Notes: generated by a model from the letters alone, not told the origin. Counted from the stretch's first letter, positions 13,957 to 27,479 are shown. The stretch is DNA of 64,000 nt from Eledone cirrhosa (GCA_964016885.1 OZ024750.1:10664001-10728000), one strand, 5' to 3'. Program-made: numbers and translations.

Positions 13957-14072
13957 ATAATAATAAATGTGAAGACTAAAATCAGAAGAGGGCTCGATAA
14001 GGATAATATATATATAAATATATACCGTAGAGGGTGAAAGCAGCGATTCTTTGCTTAAAATTTAATCTATTA

Positions 14073-14080
<8 letters not shown>
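13953..14080 (-). mobile_element. Family D element
   Basis: gtaataataataaatgtgaagactaaaatc...gcagcgattctttgcttaaaatttaatct, between (TA)n tracts. Confidence 0.6.
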
Positions 14081-14164
<84 letters not shown>

Positions 14165-15124
14165 GTTGCAGTAACCCCCTATTTTTTAGAATTACAAATA
14201 TATATAAATTCGCTTATAGTAACGCTATCTCTCAACTTCGCTTAGGACGAATATTTTATACGCCTATCAAAATATATTAAGGAAGATGTTTAAAAACAGA
14301 GCAAGTGGAGAGAAAACATTAGAATCCTCAACACACACATACACACACACACACTTATACACACACACACACACACACACTCTCTCATTGACAAACACTC
14401 ACACACACACACATTCACTCACATATATGTGATACACCACAAATTATGCCTCTAACACACGAGATATATTAGTGCATACAAGCTGTCTTATTAGTTCTAA
14501 TAAATAAACGATATTCACTCCTTAGTTCCAATATGTCTTGCACTCCCGTGCTCTGCAAATTCCGGAAGCACCGAAGTTAAAAACAAACTCAGCCACCGTT
14601 AAAAACATGTTCATATCAAAGCGAATATTTAAGAAAGAAAATGTTTTGTGTTTATTTCTTTTTAAGTTATATATTTTAATGTTTCACACCACCTGTTGCG
14701 GTACTGCACTGTTGATTCGGAACCAGTTTAGTCTTTCAACAAACATGTTAAGATCTAAAAACAGTTTCCGACGCCTCTTCCGTTCATACTTTCTTCACAA
14801 ATAAATAAAATTCAACATTTATACTCATATATTGCAACAAATATGCTCACAAACATACACAGAAATTCACAAATACGTAAACTTATGTAAATATACATGC
14901 GTGTATACATACATGCATACGAAAAAATATATTTATATGCGATTACATAAGCCCGTATTAATATAGACAATTAATACTGCGTTTGTCCATAGTTATTTTA
15001 TCAGACTCTTCTATATCAATCTTTCTTTCCGTTTGTTGAGGCTATTTGACACAGAAATTATTCACCTCGTGGTTTGAGAAACGACTGAGAAAGGGTGTAG
15101 ACTGCTATAAGCAGATAAGGTCTA

Positions 15125-15540
15125 GGAGTACTGTTGGACCCCGTACTGCCGAGCTCCTTCGCAAGGTCGGAGCGTCAGCAGCCCGTCTGAGGAGGGAGCC
15201 CCGCAAGGTTTGGTGGCTATTGCAGCGGGTGTCACTAGCCATCGTCTAAGGGAATTCTTTTGCCGTCTTGTCAATGGGGCGCAGCACTTCTGCCTTCTTA
15301 TCCTAGGCCCATAGCCCAATCACCCTCCCTCACCCCCTCTCTTCTGCGACATCAGAGCTCTTGCCATCCCCTCCTCTTCCCCGTTCTTTTTCTTCTCTCT
15401 TATTTTTTCTATATATCACTATTCTTTCTTTCCTTTTGCCCCCTTATTTTATTTTTTCTTACTAAATAAGTGTTGTTTTTTTTTTGCTTTTGAATAAATT
15501 TGATTTCTTAGACACTAAAAATAAAAAATAAAAAAAATTT
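15125..15540 (+). mobile_element. 3' fragment of an RLE-type (CRE-like) non-LTR retrotransposon
   Basis: GC-rich patch translating GPRTAELLRKVG...REPRKVWWLLQRVSLAIV*GNS, resembling the QRxSxAxxRGN motif downstream of restriction-like endonucleases. Followed by a pyrimidine-rich 3' UTR, AATAAA and an A-rich tail. Confidence 0.55.
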
Positions 15541-16035
15541 GTAAAATATTAAATAAATAAAAATAAAATTTACATTCATTTCGTCTAGTAAGGGACAAGG
15601 ACCATCCCCTGCAGTTTCGAGAGAAATAGCCGCTGGTCGCAATACTAATTCAAGAGTTCATTAAGCTGCCATGAATATGACACTCTCTGACCTCAGCACT
15701 TAGTTCGCTTTGTAGCTGTTTTGTTTTGTTATACTAAAGGAAACCCTACGGTGTGTAAGACAATTTGAAGCCAGGGGAGCTTACTAAAGAGGACTTGAAG
15801 GATAAACAAACTAGGAAGCGCTGTCGAAGCTAGTCAATGGGCTTTTGGAAATAATCCTACCGTGTATGAAGCGATGCAGCAAATGAATTGATTTTGACGC
15901 GCTAAGTAAATATCAATGAGAGTAATTACGGATATATATATATATATATACACACACTCTCAGACACTTGAACACAGACACACACGCATATATACACACG
16001 AAAACTCGAACACACTCATTCACAGACATACACTT

Positions 16036-16114
<79 letters not shown>

Positions 16115-16197
16115 GAGAGAGAGATGAGGCATGTCCAGCCGTTTAAACATGTTTCCACATATTTTGAATTGTAGGCACAATGTATATACAAACACAC

Positions 16198-16230
<33 letters not shown>

Positions 16231-16252
16231 GTGACGAAACAAGTCAATTGCA

Positions 16253-16335
<83 letters not shown>

Positions 16336-16346
16336 ATATATATATA

Positions 16347-16639
16347 CCGTATTTCCCGGGGACGCACCCTAATTTTGACAACCAAAAATTTGAAAAGAAA
16401 AATAATTGTTTCTACTTTATGGCACAAGGCCAGCAATTACCCAGTACATTACTGGCACTTTATTTTATCGACCCCCTAAGGATGAAATGCAAAGTCAACC
16501 GCGGCGGGATTTGAACTCAGATCGTTAAGAGACGTAGCTATCCTGGAAAGCCTGGCGTCCGACCCTCTACCGATACTGCATGGTAGATTTTTGAGACTTA
16601 TTTTAGGAAATAAGTAGCGTCTTCGGCACCGGGAAATAC

Positions 16640-16641
<2 letters not shown>
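16347..16641. mobile_element. Tc1/mariner (pogo/Tc2-like) MITE in (TA)n
   Basis: Perfect 13-bp TIRs CCGTATTTCCCGG / CCGGGAAATACGG with TA flanks. Confidence 0.75.
16407..16580 (-). mobile_element. SINE A nested in a Tc1/mariner MITE
   Basis: Family consensus, located inside the TIRs at 16347/16641. Confidence 0.85.
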
Positions 16642-16711
<70 letters not shown>

Positions 16712-17087
16712 TTTTAACCTGTTAGTTCTTTCGTTACTTTGGTATTGTGTGTTGGGTTTTGCCTACCACAATGTTCAATTTGTCAAGCTATTTAAACGTA
16801 TGTTATTACTCCAAGGACCCACCCTTATTGAGTGCTTTGCTAACTCATTCCTTATTGTTGGTCGACTTTGCTTGGCCACAGCCAAAGCTTCGATTTTACT
16901 AAGCTTCCACTTGTATATATATATGCGTATATATATATATATATATATATATTTATTAAAATAACAGATTAAAGTTTAAGCAAAGAATCGCTGCTTTCAC
17001 CCTTAACGGGATCTTCTGAAACTAACAAAGTCAATCTGTAAACGCAGAACTGGATATTTCAAAAAACGTTGCAACCGGAGGAAGACA

Positions 17088-17149
<62 letters not shown>

Positions 17150-17451
17150 GTATATATATATATATATACGTATATATAGATTCTTTGCTTAAACTTTAAT
17201 CTGTTCGCCAACCGGGCGAAACGTACGTAGGTGCTGTTTTAAATAAACATGTTTTAACGGTCTATTCTCCGATTTCTTACTTTCCCACGTGCTTACGCTC
17301 TGCTAACTCTCTAGCCCACTAAATATTAACACTTCGAATATTTAATACTGCCGGCACTAGTATCGAACACCTTTGGCATACGCTACTTGGCAAATAACTA
17401 TATGTATCACCTATCCTCCTCCTTTTTTTTCTCTCTCTCGATACGTAAATA

Positions 17452-17488
<37 letters not shown>

Positions 17489-17904
17489 GAGAGAGAGAGA
17501 TAGTGTGAGAGAGGGAGACAGAGAGAGAGAGAGGGTGAGAGTGAGTTGGGGAGGGAGAGAGAGGAAGAGTAAACGAGAAAAAGAGAATGAAACATTAGGA
17601 AGAGAGACAATTTCCACGGCCTGCATTTATCAGAATATAATTGCACACAATATGTCGGGCTAATCTGTTGTTTTATATGTATGCAATCGACTTCTGCTGC
17701 TATTTCCATATGCACGCGTTTCAATTAAAACAAAAATATGGTGAGATGGATTTGTCGGTATCTTTTCATTGAACCGTATCCATTATCTGATTTCTTCTTC
17801 CAATTGGAACTGTTCCACTTCACTTGCGTCGCTAATGAGATGGCTACAATTGCCCCAATTCTCCGTTTCTCGTCTCTATTCTACCATATTGTTGACAATG
17901 ACAG

Positions 17905-17947
17905 GAAACTGCCGTACAAACGTTAGCGGATGTCACATATTATGACG
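17905..17947 (+). CDS. Candidate 43-nt internal micro-exon (ETAVQTLADVTYYD/G) of an unidentified gene
   Basis: Pyrimidine-rich tract plus acAG acceptor before 17905, strong G|GTGAGT donor at 17948, an open frame, and a unique-sequence setting. No homology recognised. Confidence 0.3.
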
Positions 17948-18502
17948 GTGAGTATTGATTTCTGAAATTGGCAGAATTCCATTTGGAGGAGGAGGTGGGT
18001 GGGTGTTTACCGGGATATAAAGTAGATTATATCGACTTTCTTGTACCCACCTGAGTTTTACTTGATCAATACGGATAAACAAGATATCTAAACTAGATAA
18101 AAACACACATCTCAATATAGAATTCCCCAGGTAAATGAAATTATAATTAAAACCACAACAGAATCAACCCTGTGTACCAGGTATCATTCACCGTGGATTT
18201 TACCCCTCACAGTTTTAGATGCAACATATATAAGTTTTCCTCACACAACTCTACACAACAACTAAATACTACAAAGCAAAGCTAGACAAAAACACACCAA
18301 ACAAAAATACGATTAACCAATGAAATAAAATTATAATTAAAACATGCCTCAAATAAGGGTCAGAATTGACCAAAAGCGAAGATCGCAGTAAAGTATTTTA
18401 AAATAAAGAAACCTCATAAGCGTCTCACCCCAGTGATAAACTTTTTGTCAGGTGACCTAAATCAAGAGGGCCTAAATGTTTCCGCTTACTGCGGTTTCAC
18501 AG

Positions 18503-18536
<34 letters not shown>

Positions 18537-18613
18537 TTGTAAGGGACTCGCAGTAAACAACTGATGAGGGGAAATGTCTATCTCTATGTTTGTGTTTCCT
18601 TTACTCTCTCTCT

Positions 18614-18664
<51 letters not shown>

Positions 18665-18921
18665 AGGGACCACGTACGGGGGATCATTTTCCTTCATCAG
18701 TTGTCTGCTGGAGATGATGGATATTTCTACGCATTATAGACAAGATATCGAGCTCCAGTGCGTCAATAACTAAAGGAAGTTATTGGGAAAAAAAGGGAGC
18801 GAAAGAAATATTATATATATATGAACATCATCATTGAATTTGACTTCGGTTTGAGGATACCCTCGTCCCTCCATCTCACCAGTCTTAGGCCACTGCTTTT
18901 CTTGCAGACTAAACTAATATT

Positions 18922-19139
18922 GGTTTCTTATATAGGCACAAGGCCAGTGATTTTTGGGGAGGGAAAAGTCAATTAAATCGACCCCAGTGCGTGACTGGTA
19001 CTTTATTTTATCGACCCCCATGAAGATGAAAGGCAAAGTTAACCTCGGCGGGATTTGAAAACCGATCATAAAGGGCCGTAACTCTTTGTTGCAAAGCATG
19101 GCGTCCGACTCTCTACCGATACTGCCAATACACCGCCCT
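18922..19139 (-). mobile_element. SINE A, long subfamily, full length
   Basis: 17-bp TSD cagactaaactaatatt at 18905-18921 and 19140-19156. Has the extra gtcgatttaatcgac-type hairpin segment. Confidence 0.9.
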
Positions 19140-19167
19140 CAGACTAAACTAATATTATATATATATT

Positions 19168-19266
19168 AGGTTAACTTTGCCTTTCATCCTTACGAGGTCG
19201 ATAAAATAAAGAACCAGTAATGTACTGGGGTAATTGCTGGCCTTGTGCCAAAAGTAGAAACAATTA
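19168..19266 (+). mobile_element. SINE A, 5'-truncated, inverted relative to its neighbour
   Basis: aggttaactttgcctttcatccttacgaggtcgataaaataaag...agtagaaacaatt. Confidence 0.8.
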
Positions 19267-19679
19267 TATATATATATATATATACATATGTATATATACA
19301 TATATATACCGAAAAATTACTGCATATTCTGTGGTAGTGGTGGTAGTGGTGGTGGTGGTGGTAGTGGTGGTGGTGGTGGTAGTGGTGATTGCTATACAGT
19401 AGGTGATGGTGATAGTGATAATAATGATGAGGATGATGATGGTTGTATTGTTGTTGTTGTTGTTGTTGTGGTGACTGTGGTAATGGTGGTGGTGTTAGAT
19501 GTCATAGTAATACAGTAGGTGGGGGGGGGTGATCGTGATGATGGTGATGATGGTGATGATGATGATGATAGTGGTGATGGTGAAGATGGCATTGATCATT
19601 GTCTGGAGGCTGTAGCAGGATGTGGTGATGGCGGTGGCGTGTGCTGAGGATGGTTGTAATGGTGGTGAGAGTATTAAAG

Positions 19680-21020
19680 TTGCTGTTGTTGTTGTTGTTG
19701 TTGTTGGATTAGTTGCCGGTGGTGGTGGTGGTGGTGGTGGTGGTGGCATACATAATTGTAATGGTGGTGGCGTCGGGGAAGGTGATGGTGGTGGTGGTGG
19801 TTCTGCAGTTAATGGTATTGTTGCTGTTGTTGTTGTTGTGTTGGTGATGGTGATGGTGGTGGTGGTGGTGGCATACATAATTGTAATGGTGGTGGCGTCG
19901 GGGAAGGTGATGGTGATGGTGGTGGTGGTGGTTCTGCAGTTAATGGTATTGTTACTGTTGTTGTTGTTGTGTTGGCGGTGGTGCTGGTGGTGGTGGTGGT
20001 GGTGGTGGTGGTGGTTCTGCAGTTAATGGTATTGTTACTGTTGTTGTTGTTGTGTTGGCGGTGGTGCTGGTGGTGGTGGTGGTGGTGGTGGTTGAGGCAT
20101 ACATAATTGTAATGGTGGTGGCGTCGGGGAAGGTGATGGTGGTGGTGGTGGTTCTGCAGTTAATGGTATTGTTGCTGTTGTTGTTGTTGTGTTGGTGATG
20201 GTGATGGTGGTGGTGGTGGTGGTGGTGGAGGCATACATAATTGTAATGGTGGTGGCGTCGGGGAAGGTGATGGTGGTGGTGGTGGTTCTGCAGTTAATGG
20301 TATTGTTGCTGTTGTTGTTGTTGTGTTGGCGGTGGTGCTGGTGGTGGTGGTGGTGGTGGTGGTGGTGGTGGCATACATAATTGTAATGGTGGTGGCGTCG
20401 GGGAAGGTGATGGTGGTGGTGGTGGTTCTGCAGTTAATGGTATTGTTGCTGTTGTTGTTGTTGTGTTGGCGGTGGTGCTGGTGGTGGTGGTGGTGGTGGT
20501 GGTGGTTGAGGCATACATAATTGTAATGGTGGTGGCGTCGGGGAAGGTGATGGTGGTGGTGGTGGTTCTGCAGTTAATGGTATTGTTGCTGTTGTTGTTG
20601 TTGTGTTGGTGATGGTGATGGTGGTGGTGGCATACATAATTGTAATGGTGGTGGCGTCGGGGAAGGTGATGGTGGTGGTGGTGGTTCTGCAGTTAATGGT
20701 ATTGTTACTGTTGTTGTTGTGTTGGCGGTGGTGCTGGTGGTGGTGGTGGTGGTGGTGGTTGAGGCATACATAATTGTAATGGTGGTGGCGTCGGGGAAGG
20801 TGATGGTGATGGTGGTGGTGGTGGTTCTGCAGTTAATGGTATTGTTGCTGTTGTTGTTGTTGTTGTTGTTGTGTTGGTGATGGTGGTGGTTGAGGCATAC
20901 ATAATTGTAATGGTGGTGGCGTCGGGGAAGGTGATGGTGATGGTGGTGGTGGTGGTTCTGCAGTTAATGGTATTGTTGCTGTTGTTGTTGTTGTTGTTGT
21001 TGTGTTGGTGGTGGTGGTGC
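19680..21020. repeat. About 120-140 bp higher-order minisatellite of (GGT)n/(GTT)n
   Basis: 9 copies of gcatacataattgtaatggtggtggcgtcggggaagg...ttctgcagttaatggtattg. Confidence 0.95.
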
Positions 21021-21365
21021 TGGTGGCAGCAGTAGCGGCGATACTGGTGGTGGTAGCAATGATAGTGAAAGCTAAGGTTGTAGTTGAGGTGACAGGAGTG
21101 ATCGGGGGGTGGTAGGAGGTCTGGTAGTAGTGGAATGGCAATTGCTTTTGCTGTCATTATTGTTGTTGTTATTGTTGTTGTAGCTGTTGATGACGACGCC
21201 GATGATGGTGATGATGATGATGATGTCGGTAATGGCGGCGAGTGTGATTTCAGTGACAGTACGGTAGTGTTGCCTGTGATTGTGATGGTACCATTATACA
21301 TTGACACAACACATTCTATAATTATAGACCTGCCATTGCTGTTCTGGCTGAAGAGGTCTAGATCT

Positions 21366-21383
21366 CACCACCAGAGGGCACTA
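21366..21383 (+). promoter_or_regulatory. CTCF-like binding motif
   Basis: caCCACCAGAGGGCACta matches the bilaterian CTCF core CCACCAGRGGGCRC. Confidence 0.35.
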
Positions 21384-21575
21384 TGCACGGTAACAAGACG
21401 TTAGCTAGCTCAAGTTTGTTCTAACCTGAACAACATAACATAGCAAATTTTACTTTTGACACTCTATTAACGTCTAAACACAAATATCGCCTCCAGCTAA
21501 AGCATCTTCTCTCAGATGTACTTGTATGAATGTATAAACATACACAGGCATATACATACGCACGCAACCCCCCCC

Positions 21576-21618
<43 letters not shown>

Positions 21619-21925
21619 TATATATACATATATATACATATATATACGCATATATATATATAAAAATAAATAATATATATATATACGCATATATATATAT
21701 AAAAGTAAATATATATATATATATATATATATACGCATATATATATATAAAAATAAATAATATATATATATATATATATATGTATATATTTATATGTATA
21801 TATATATATATATATGCATGTATGTATATACGTTTGAATATGCATATAAATCTGTCTCTGGTGCCTGTGTTAGTGCAACCATAAAGTATCTGCATATATA
21901 TATATATATTCAAACACACACGCAT

Positions 21926-21977
<52 letters not shown>

Positions 21978-22103
21978 GATAGGTATGCGTGCATAAATGT
22001 ATGCTTGCATATATGTGTATATGTATGTCCTTAAGTATATGAGTCTGATTCTGTATGACGGTATATGCAAGTGTGATTGAGCACACACACATACAGTTAT
22101 AAT

Positions 22104-22289
22104 TGTTTCTACTTTAGGCACAAGGCCAGCAATTACCCAGTGCATTACTGGTACTTTATTTTATCGACCCCGTAAGGATGAAAGGCAAAGTCAACCTCGG
22201 CGGGATTTGAACTCAGATCGTAAAGGGACGTAACTATGCTGGAAAGCATGGCGTCCGACCCTCTACCGATTCTGCCAATCCACCGCCCT
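22104..22289 (-). mobile_element. SINE A, short subfamily, full length
   Basis: 12-bp TSD tacagttataat at 22092-22103 and 22290-22301. Confidence 0.9.
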
Positions 22290-22712
22290 TACAGTTATAA
22301 TGATGTATATCCAGATAATAAAACACATACATATTTTTCAGTCTCCCCCCTCCCCTCTCTCTATCTCTTAATCTACCTGCCTGTCATTCCCTATATGTAT
22401 ATATGAACACCAGCCGTCGCTCGCAACCGAGTAGAGCATGGTAGTGTATTCTAGCTTTTGCTAAGAAATTCTTATTGAAGGAAATTGAATTAGTCCTTTA
22501 AGATACATTCATTTAATCAATAGACTTCTTCGACTGCTCTCCCACAAATCACTTTCTCACCTCTCTCATTGTCTTGTTCCTTCTTTCTCTCTTTCGCCCT
22601 ATACTAACTCTATACTGAATTCCTCACACTTATCCTCTGTTTCCCTTTCTTTCCATTTTGTACAACACAACAGAAACAGTATCTATAAGAATCAATATAT
22701 AAGACTCTACAG

Positions 22713-22997
22713 CAGGGGTGTACAACATATTCCATTGGCGGACCACTTTTGAACATTGGGACAACTATTAAGGCCATTAATATTTATTAAGAAGCACTAT
22801 TCCAAAGATTCACCACAACTGAAACTGGGAAATTATAGCACACATAACCCTATCAGTGAAGCCCTTTAGTATAGGTCAACTAACAGAAAATTGTATTACG
22901 GTTACGAAAAAGAATTCTAAATAAACCTACAAGGTAAACATTACTAACGGTCTGGCGGGCCGGATTGTGACCCGCGGGCTGCCTGTTAATGCCCCTG
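22713..22997. mobile_element. hAT (Charlie-like) MITE
   Basis: Ends CAGGGG...CCCCTG, subterminal ggcgggccggatt..gacccgcggg, and an 8-bp TSD ctctacag/ctctacac (7/8 match). Confidence 0.7.
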
Positions 22998-23639
22998 CTC
23001 TACACCATGCCCAACCTGTTCGAAATAGGAAACAAATCTTCAGGAAAAAAAATTGCAGCCTATAATCTTTAAAAAAAAAAAAAAAATAAAAGACACACTG
23101 AACAATATACTATTCGATATGCAAAACTGATGTGGTGGTCACACAGATGGAACGTCTTCAATTATAGGTCTATTTCGATCATATCTGATTTCAGGCTTAA
23201 CAACAACAGCTAAAGTAACGCCATGTTAATATTTCATAATTTGAAATATTAACTGCAATTGTACCTCCATTTATGATTTTATAGATTCTCTTCGTGAATA
23301 TTTCTCTTAATTGGCAACAGTTAGTAGATTCATTTACTAAAGCAACATGATGATCTTGTCGGAAATTAGTTAAATCTCATAATAAAACTTTTCTCGTCAT
23401 ATTTTTTTATTTTTATTATTATTATTATTATTTTTAACCATGAAATGATCATTAGAGAGGCAATTTCTATCCTCCAGATATTGATTTTTAACTTCTAATA
23501 ACCATTTACAAGAAAATGTAAAAATTTAACGGTAATAATAATAATAGTAATAAAATTAATAATTGTTTCTACTTTTGGCACAAGGCCAGCAATAATCCAG
23601 TGTATTACTGGTACTTTATTTTATCAATAATAACAATGA

Positions 23640-23990
23640 TTTCATTTATTGGTCACAGGGGCCGACATGTAGGGGACAATACAAAGACAGGGACAGTGGG
23701 GGTTTACAATAAACTCGAGTAAAAGTGCACAATGGCAAGACTAATTTAACAATGAAGATATAAAAAATATAAAATAAACTATGCATAAATATAACAAAAT
23801 AAATTCCCATATAGGGGGGTGGATGACCCAGGGGTGACTCAGGTACCCCACCAATCCTGAACCACCCTGCGCTTCTAGGGCGCCCGGGGAGAGCACCCCT
23901 CTGCTCCTCAAATAATAATAATTTCTTTATTGGCCACATGGCGACAATACAAATGAGTCGGCCCTTGTGGCCAATAAACACATTATTATT
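23640..23990 (-). mobile_element. Non-LTR retroelement 3' UTR fragments
   Basis: Ends ...gtggccaataaa(g)aaat-(ATT)n, present here in both orientations and again at about 39880-39965(+). Confidence 0.5.
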
Positions 23991-24113
23991 ATTGTTATGT
24001 TCACTGTCTAGGAATATTTACAGGATGAAAAGTCAAAGCATTTTATTATTCTGACACGTTTCTACAAAAGAAATAAAAGAAAAACTAGTAAAAAACCTTG
24101 CTCAGGGTCCACT

Positions 24114-24203
<90 letters not shown>

Positions 24204-24254
24204 CACAATTTTAGGGTTGACTCATTTCTGGATCTTCAGAGACGATAAAAGCGG

Positions 24255-24430
24255 TAGAAATATAGCAGGCAAAACCCCGTCAAATCACATCCTACTATCT
24301 TAAAGGAAAGAATACAATAGTTTACTAGAGTCTAAGATACCTTTAATGAAGCAGGTTGTTCACGACTGGAACGTCCTTTATCATAACACCTCTCAATTAA
24401 GGTTAACTTATGTCAGTAAGCAATAACAAC
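24255..24430 (+). mobile_element. Old SINE-like 3' fragment (second family)
   Basis: Mutual similarity with about 23030-23210 and 24570-24660 (cacg.ctggaacg.c.tt.atcataggtc...aacaac tail). Confidence 0.4.
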
Positions 24431-25043
24431 TATTTTACGAACCGTCATGTAAACCTAGTCGCTCGTCTTCCTAGAAATTAGATTTAATTCTTATTTTAAA
24501 TTACTAGAACACACAATGGGAAGGGCAGCAATATATACCGTGGTACATTCGAACGGTTTTGAGAAATCGGCGCCTCACGTTGCTCTAGATACCCCTAAAA
24601 TTATCATCTTCACGGCTGGACTACCTTTTATCATAGGTCATCTCAGCCAGGGATTAAACAAATACACAATAAATTGTTGGGTGAAAATATCCATTCATCA
24701 ACGGTTTTATTGCACTTATGATATTCACATAGCCATCTATATACTTTGTCTTAAATGTTGTGTCTTGTACAGACTCAATAGCAACCAATATTATAAATCA
24801 TTTGAAACAAATCACCTTTATGGTGAGAAGATCGCCTTAAGGGGATTTTATTATCGTTATTCAGAGTCTAGTTTTAATGTATGTGTGTGGTATATGGCAG
24901 AGTTAGTGTGATTGTGTGCGTCTGTGTTGGTTCATGTTTGTGTATGTCTGTGCGTGTTCGTGTACACACATGCACACACAGACACAGAGCCCGCCCCCAC
25001 AAACACACACACACTCTCATACACACATGCACATATAAATTTA

Positions 25044-25089
<46 letters not shown>

Positions 25090-25839
25090 GCATATATATA
25101 TAATACACACTCACACATATATATGTATGTATATATATATATATACATATATATGTATGTATATATATATATAATATAAAATCACACACACTCTCTCTCT
25201 CACACACACACATATGAGTGTATATATATATATACATTGCAGGAAGCAAACGTGTACACAAATATACTTAAGGAAAACTACTTTAAGCATTTAGCGTTAT
25301 CAAACATTACAATGTGTTACATACATATTCATAGAGTGAGTTCAGATGTCAACGAATACTTTCTCGCCTCACATATCAAACAACGATACTAATCCATTAC
25401 CTTTTCACTTGATTTTGCTGTTGTTTTCCATGTTGTTGTTGATATTATACTGTTAATGTTGTAATGAATACTCTTGCTTTTGTTTCTCAAATTTTCGCAC
25501 TATTTTTTCTTGTTCAGGTTTTCTATGTACTATTTACACGTTACAAACAGACGGGTATCAAACATACAGACTAATACACATCAATACATCTTTAACTTAT
25601 AAACATTTACACTTTCGTTTACAAACAGATACACACACACACACACACACAGACTCTCACACGCACACATACATATATACATGCATATACATACAGGGAA
25701 GGTGGAGCAGGGCGGAGGTACATGCCCCCCCCCCATAATTATATTTTTCTCCCCAAAGAATCCATCTATTTGTATATGCGTTACAATTTATGTACATGTT
25801 ATGGAGAGATAGATACAGTCATAGAGAGGGTGACAGTTT

Positions 25840-26150
25840 GGTGGTAATTAATATAGAGAGGGGGATTGGAAGAGAGTTCCGTATAGTAGATATAGAGAGG
25901 GGGAGAGTTTGGTGTAAATTGATATAGTGAGGGAGGTTGGGAGAGTGTTGTATATTATATATATAGAGAGGGAGAGATTGATGTTAATTGATATAGAGAG
26001 AGGAATTTGAAGAGAGTTCTGTTTAGTAGATATCGAGAGTGGGATTGAAAGAGAGTTCCGTGTAGCAAATATAGAGAGGGGGAGAGTTTGGTGTTAATTG
26101 ATACAGAGAGGGGGATTGGAAGAGAGTTCCGTGTAGTAGATATAGAGAGG
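25840..26150. repeat. About 85-bp degenerate minisatellite
   Basis: gattggaagagagttccgt..agtagatatagagagggg repeated. Confidence 0.75.
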
Positions 26151-26220
26151 GGGGGGGGGGGTAGTGATGGATAGAGTGATGGATAGAGTGATGGATAGGG
26201 AATGTTGGGAACACAGCAAA

Positions 26221-26252
26221 GGAGCTAAAGAGCCGCAGTTTGTCGACCCCTG
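26221..26252. mobile_element. hAT-type terminal fragment
   Basis: aaagagccgcagtttgtcgacccctg followed by gtctaggg, a Charlie-like target. Confidence 0.4.
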
Positions 26253-27440
26253 GTCTAGGGGAAAGATTGATCAGTCGACATTTTGAGCTGCTCTACACGC
26301 CCGAAATTAGTTATTTTTTACTGTTCTGTTAGCTAAATGTATATACATCTTACCTATTATATACATCTTACCTAATATACACATCATATGTATTTAATAC
26401 TAATTACTGACATATATAACCAGTAGTTTTGAAATATTACACCTTGACACAACTTGACCATGCCTTTTAATAAGGGTGGAATGGGGTGGATGGAGCTATA
26501 TTTCATATCACTCCTGGTCTACTACTACTACTACCACTACTACTACTACTACTCTACTAATGTATTTCGAAGCTTCTCTCCCTGTGTATAAAACCTTTAT
26601 TTAAACGTGTTAAAACTGTGCCGTGTTACAGCATTTTTTCAATAAATGTGTCTATTAATTCATGCAGCCAATTATTATATTCTATTTTCATGCTTCTTGT
26701 CTCTCTCAGTCTCTCTGACTCTCAGCCTCTCCATCTCTCTGTCTTCTAGTCCTTGTTTTCTCACTTAAGTATATGGACTTTAGAGGTCCTTTACTGAATC
26801 AATAGTTGAACCAAACTTTAGATGATTGCTCTAGCATCGCTAGCAATAGTAGAAGTGCTGCTAGCGTTAGTGAGCCTCTGTATGTGTTGTGTGTTTGTGT
26901 GTATGTGTTGTGTGTATGTGTGTTTGTGTGCATGTGTTGTGTGTTTGTGTGTATGTGTGTTTGAGCTTGTATGTGCGCGACCGAGCCTGCGTGAAAGAAG
27001 TCGAAAGTGTATGCAAATGATGGAGAAAGAAATTTCGGGAGACAGTATGGGTAGGCATGTGTGTATGTGTGTATGTGTGTGTGTGTGTGTGTGTATGTGT
27101 GTATGTGTGTGTGTGTGTGTATGTGTGTGTGTGTGTGTGTGAGGTAGACAGAAAAATAAAGAGAAGAAAAAAAAACAGGTAGAGAAAAGGATCGAAAAGA
27201 GAGAACAAATGAGAAAGAGCGAGAAGTGAAATGAAGAAAAGAATGGCACAGATTGAAAGAAAATAAGAGTGAGATTTGGCAAGTGTGTTTAGGGTGAAGG
27301 TGGAATGTTTATGGAGTGCAACTTGCGCGCATACAGTCACACACACACACTCATAATATATATATATATGTGTGTATGTGTGTGTGTGTTTGTTTGTATA
27401 TGTGTATACATATATATATATATTTATATATGTTTGTTTG

Positions 27441-27479
<39 letters not shown>

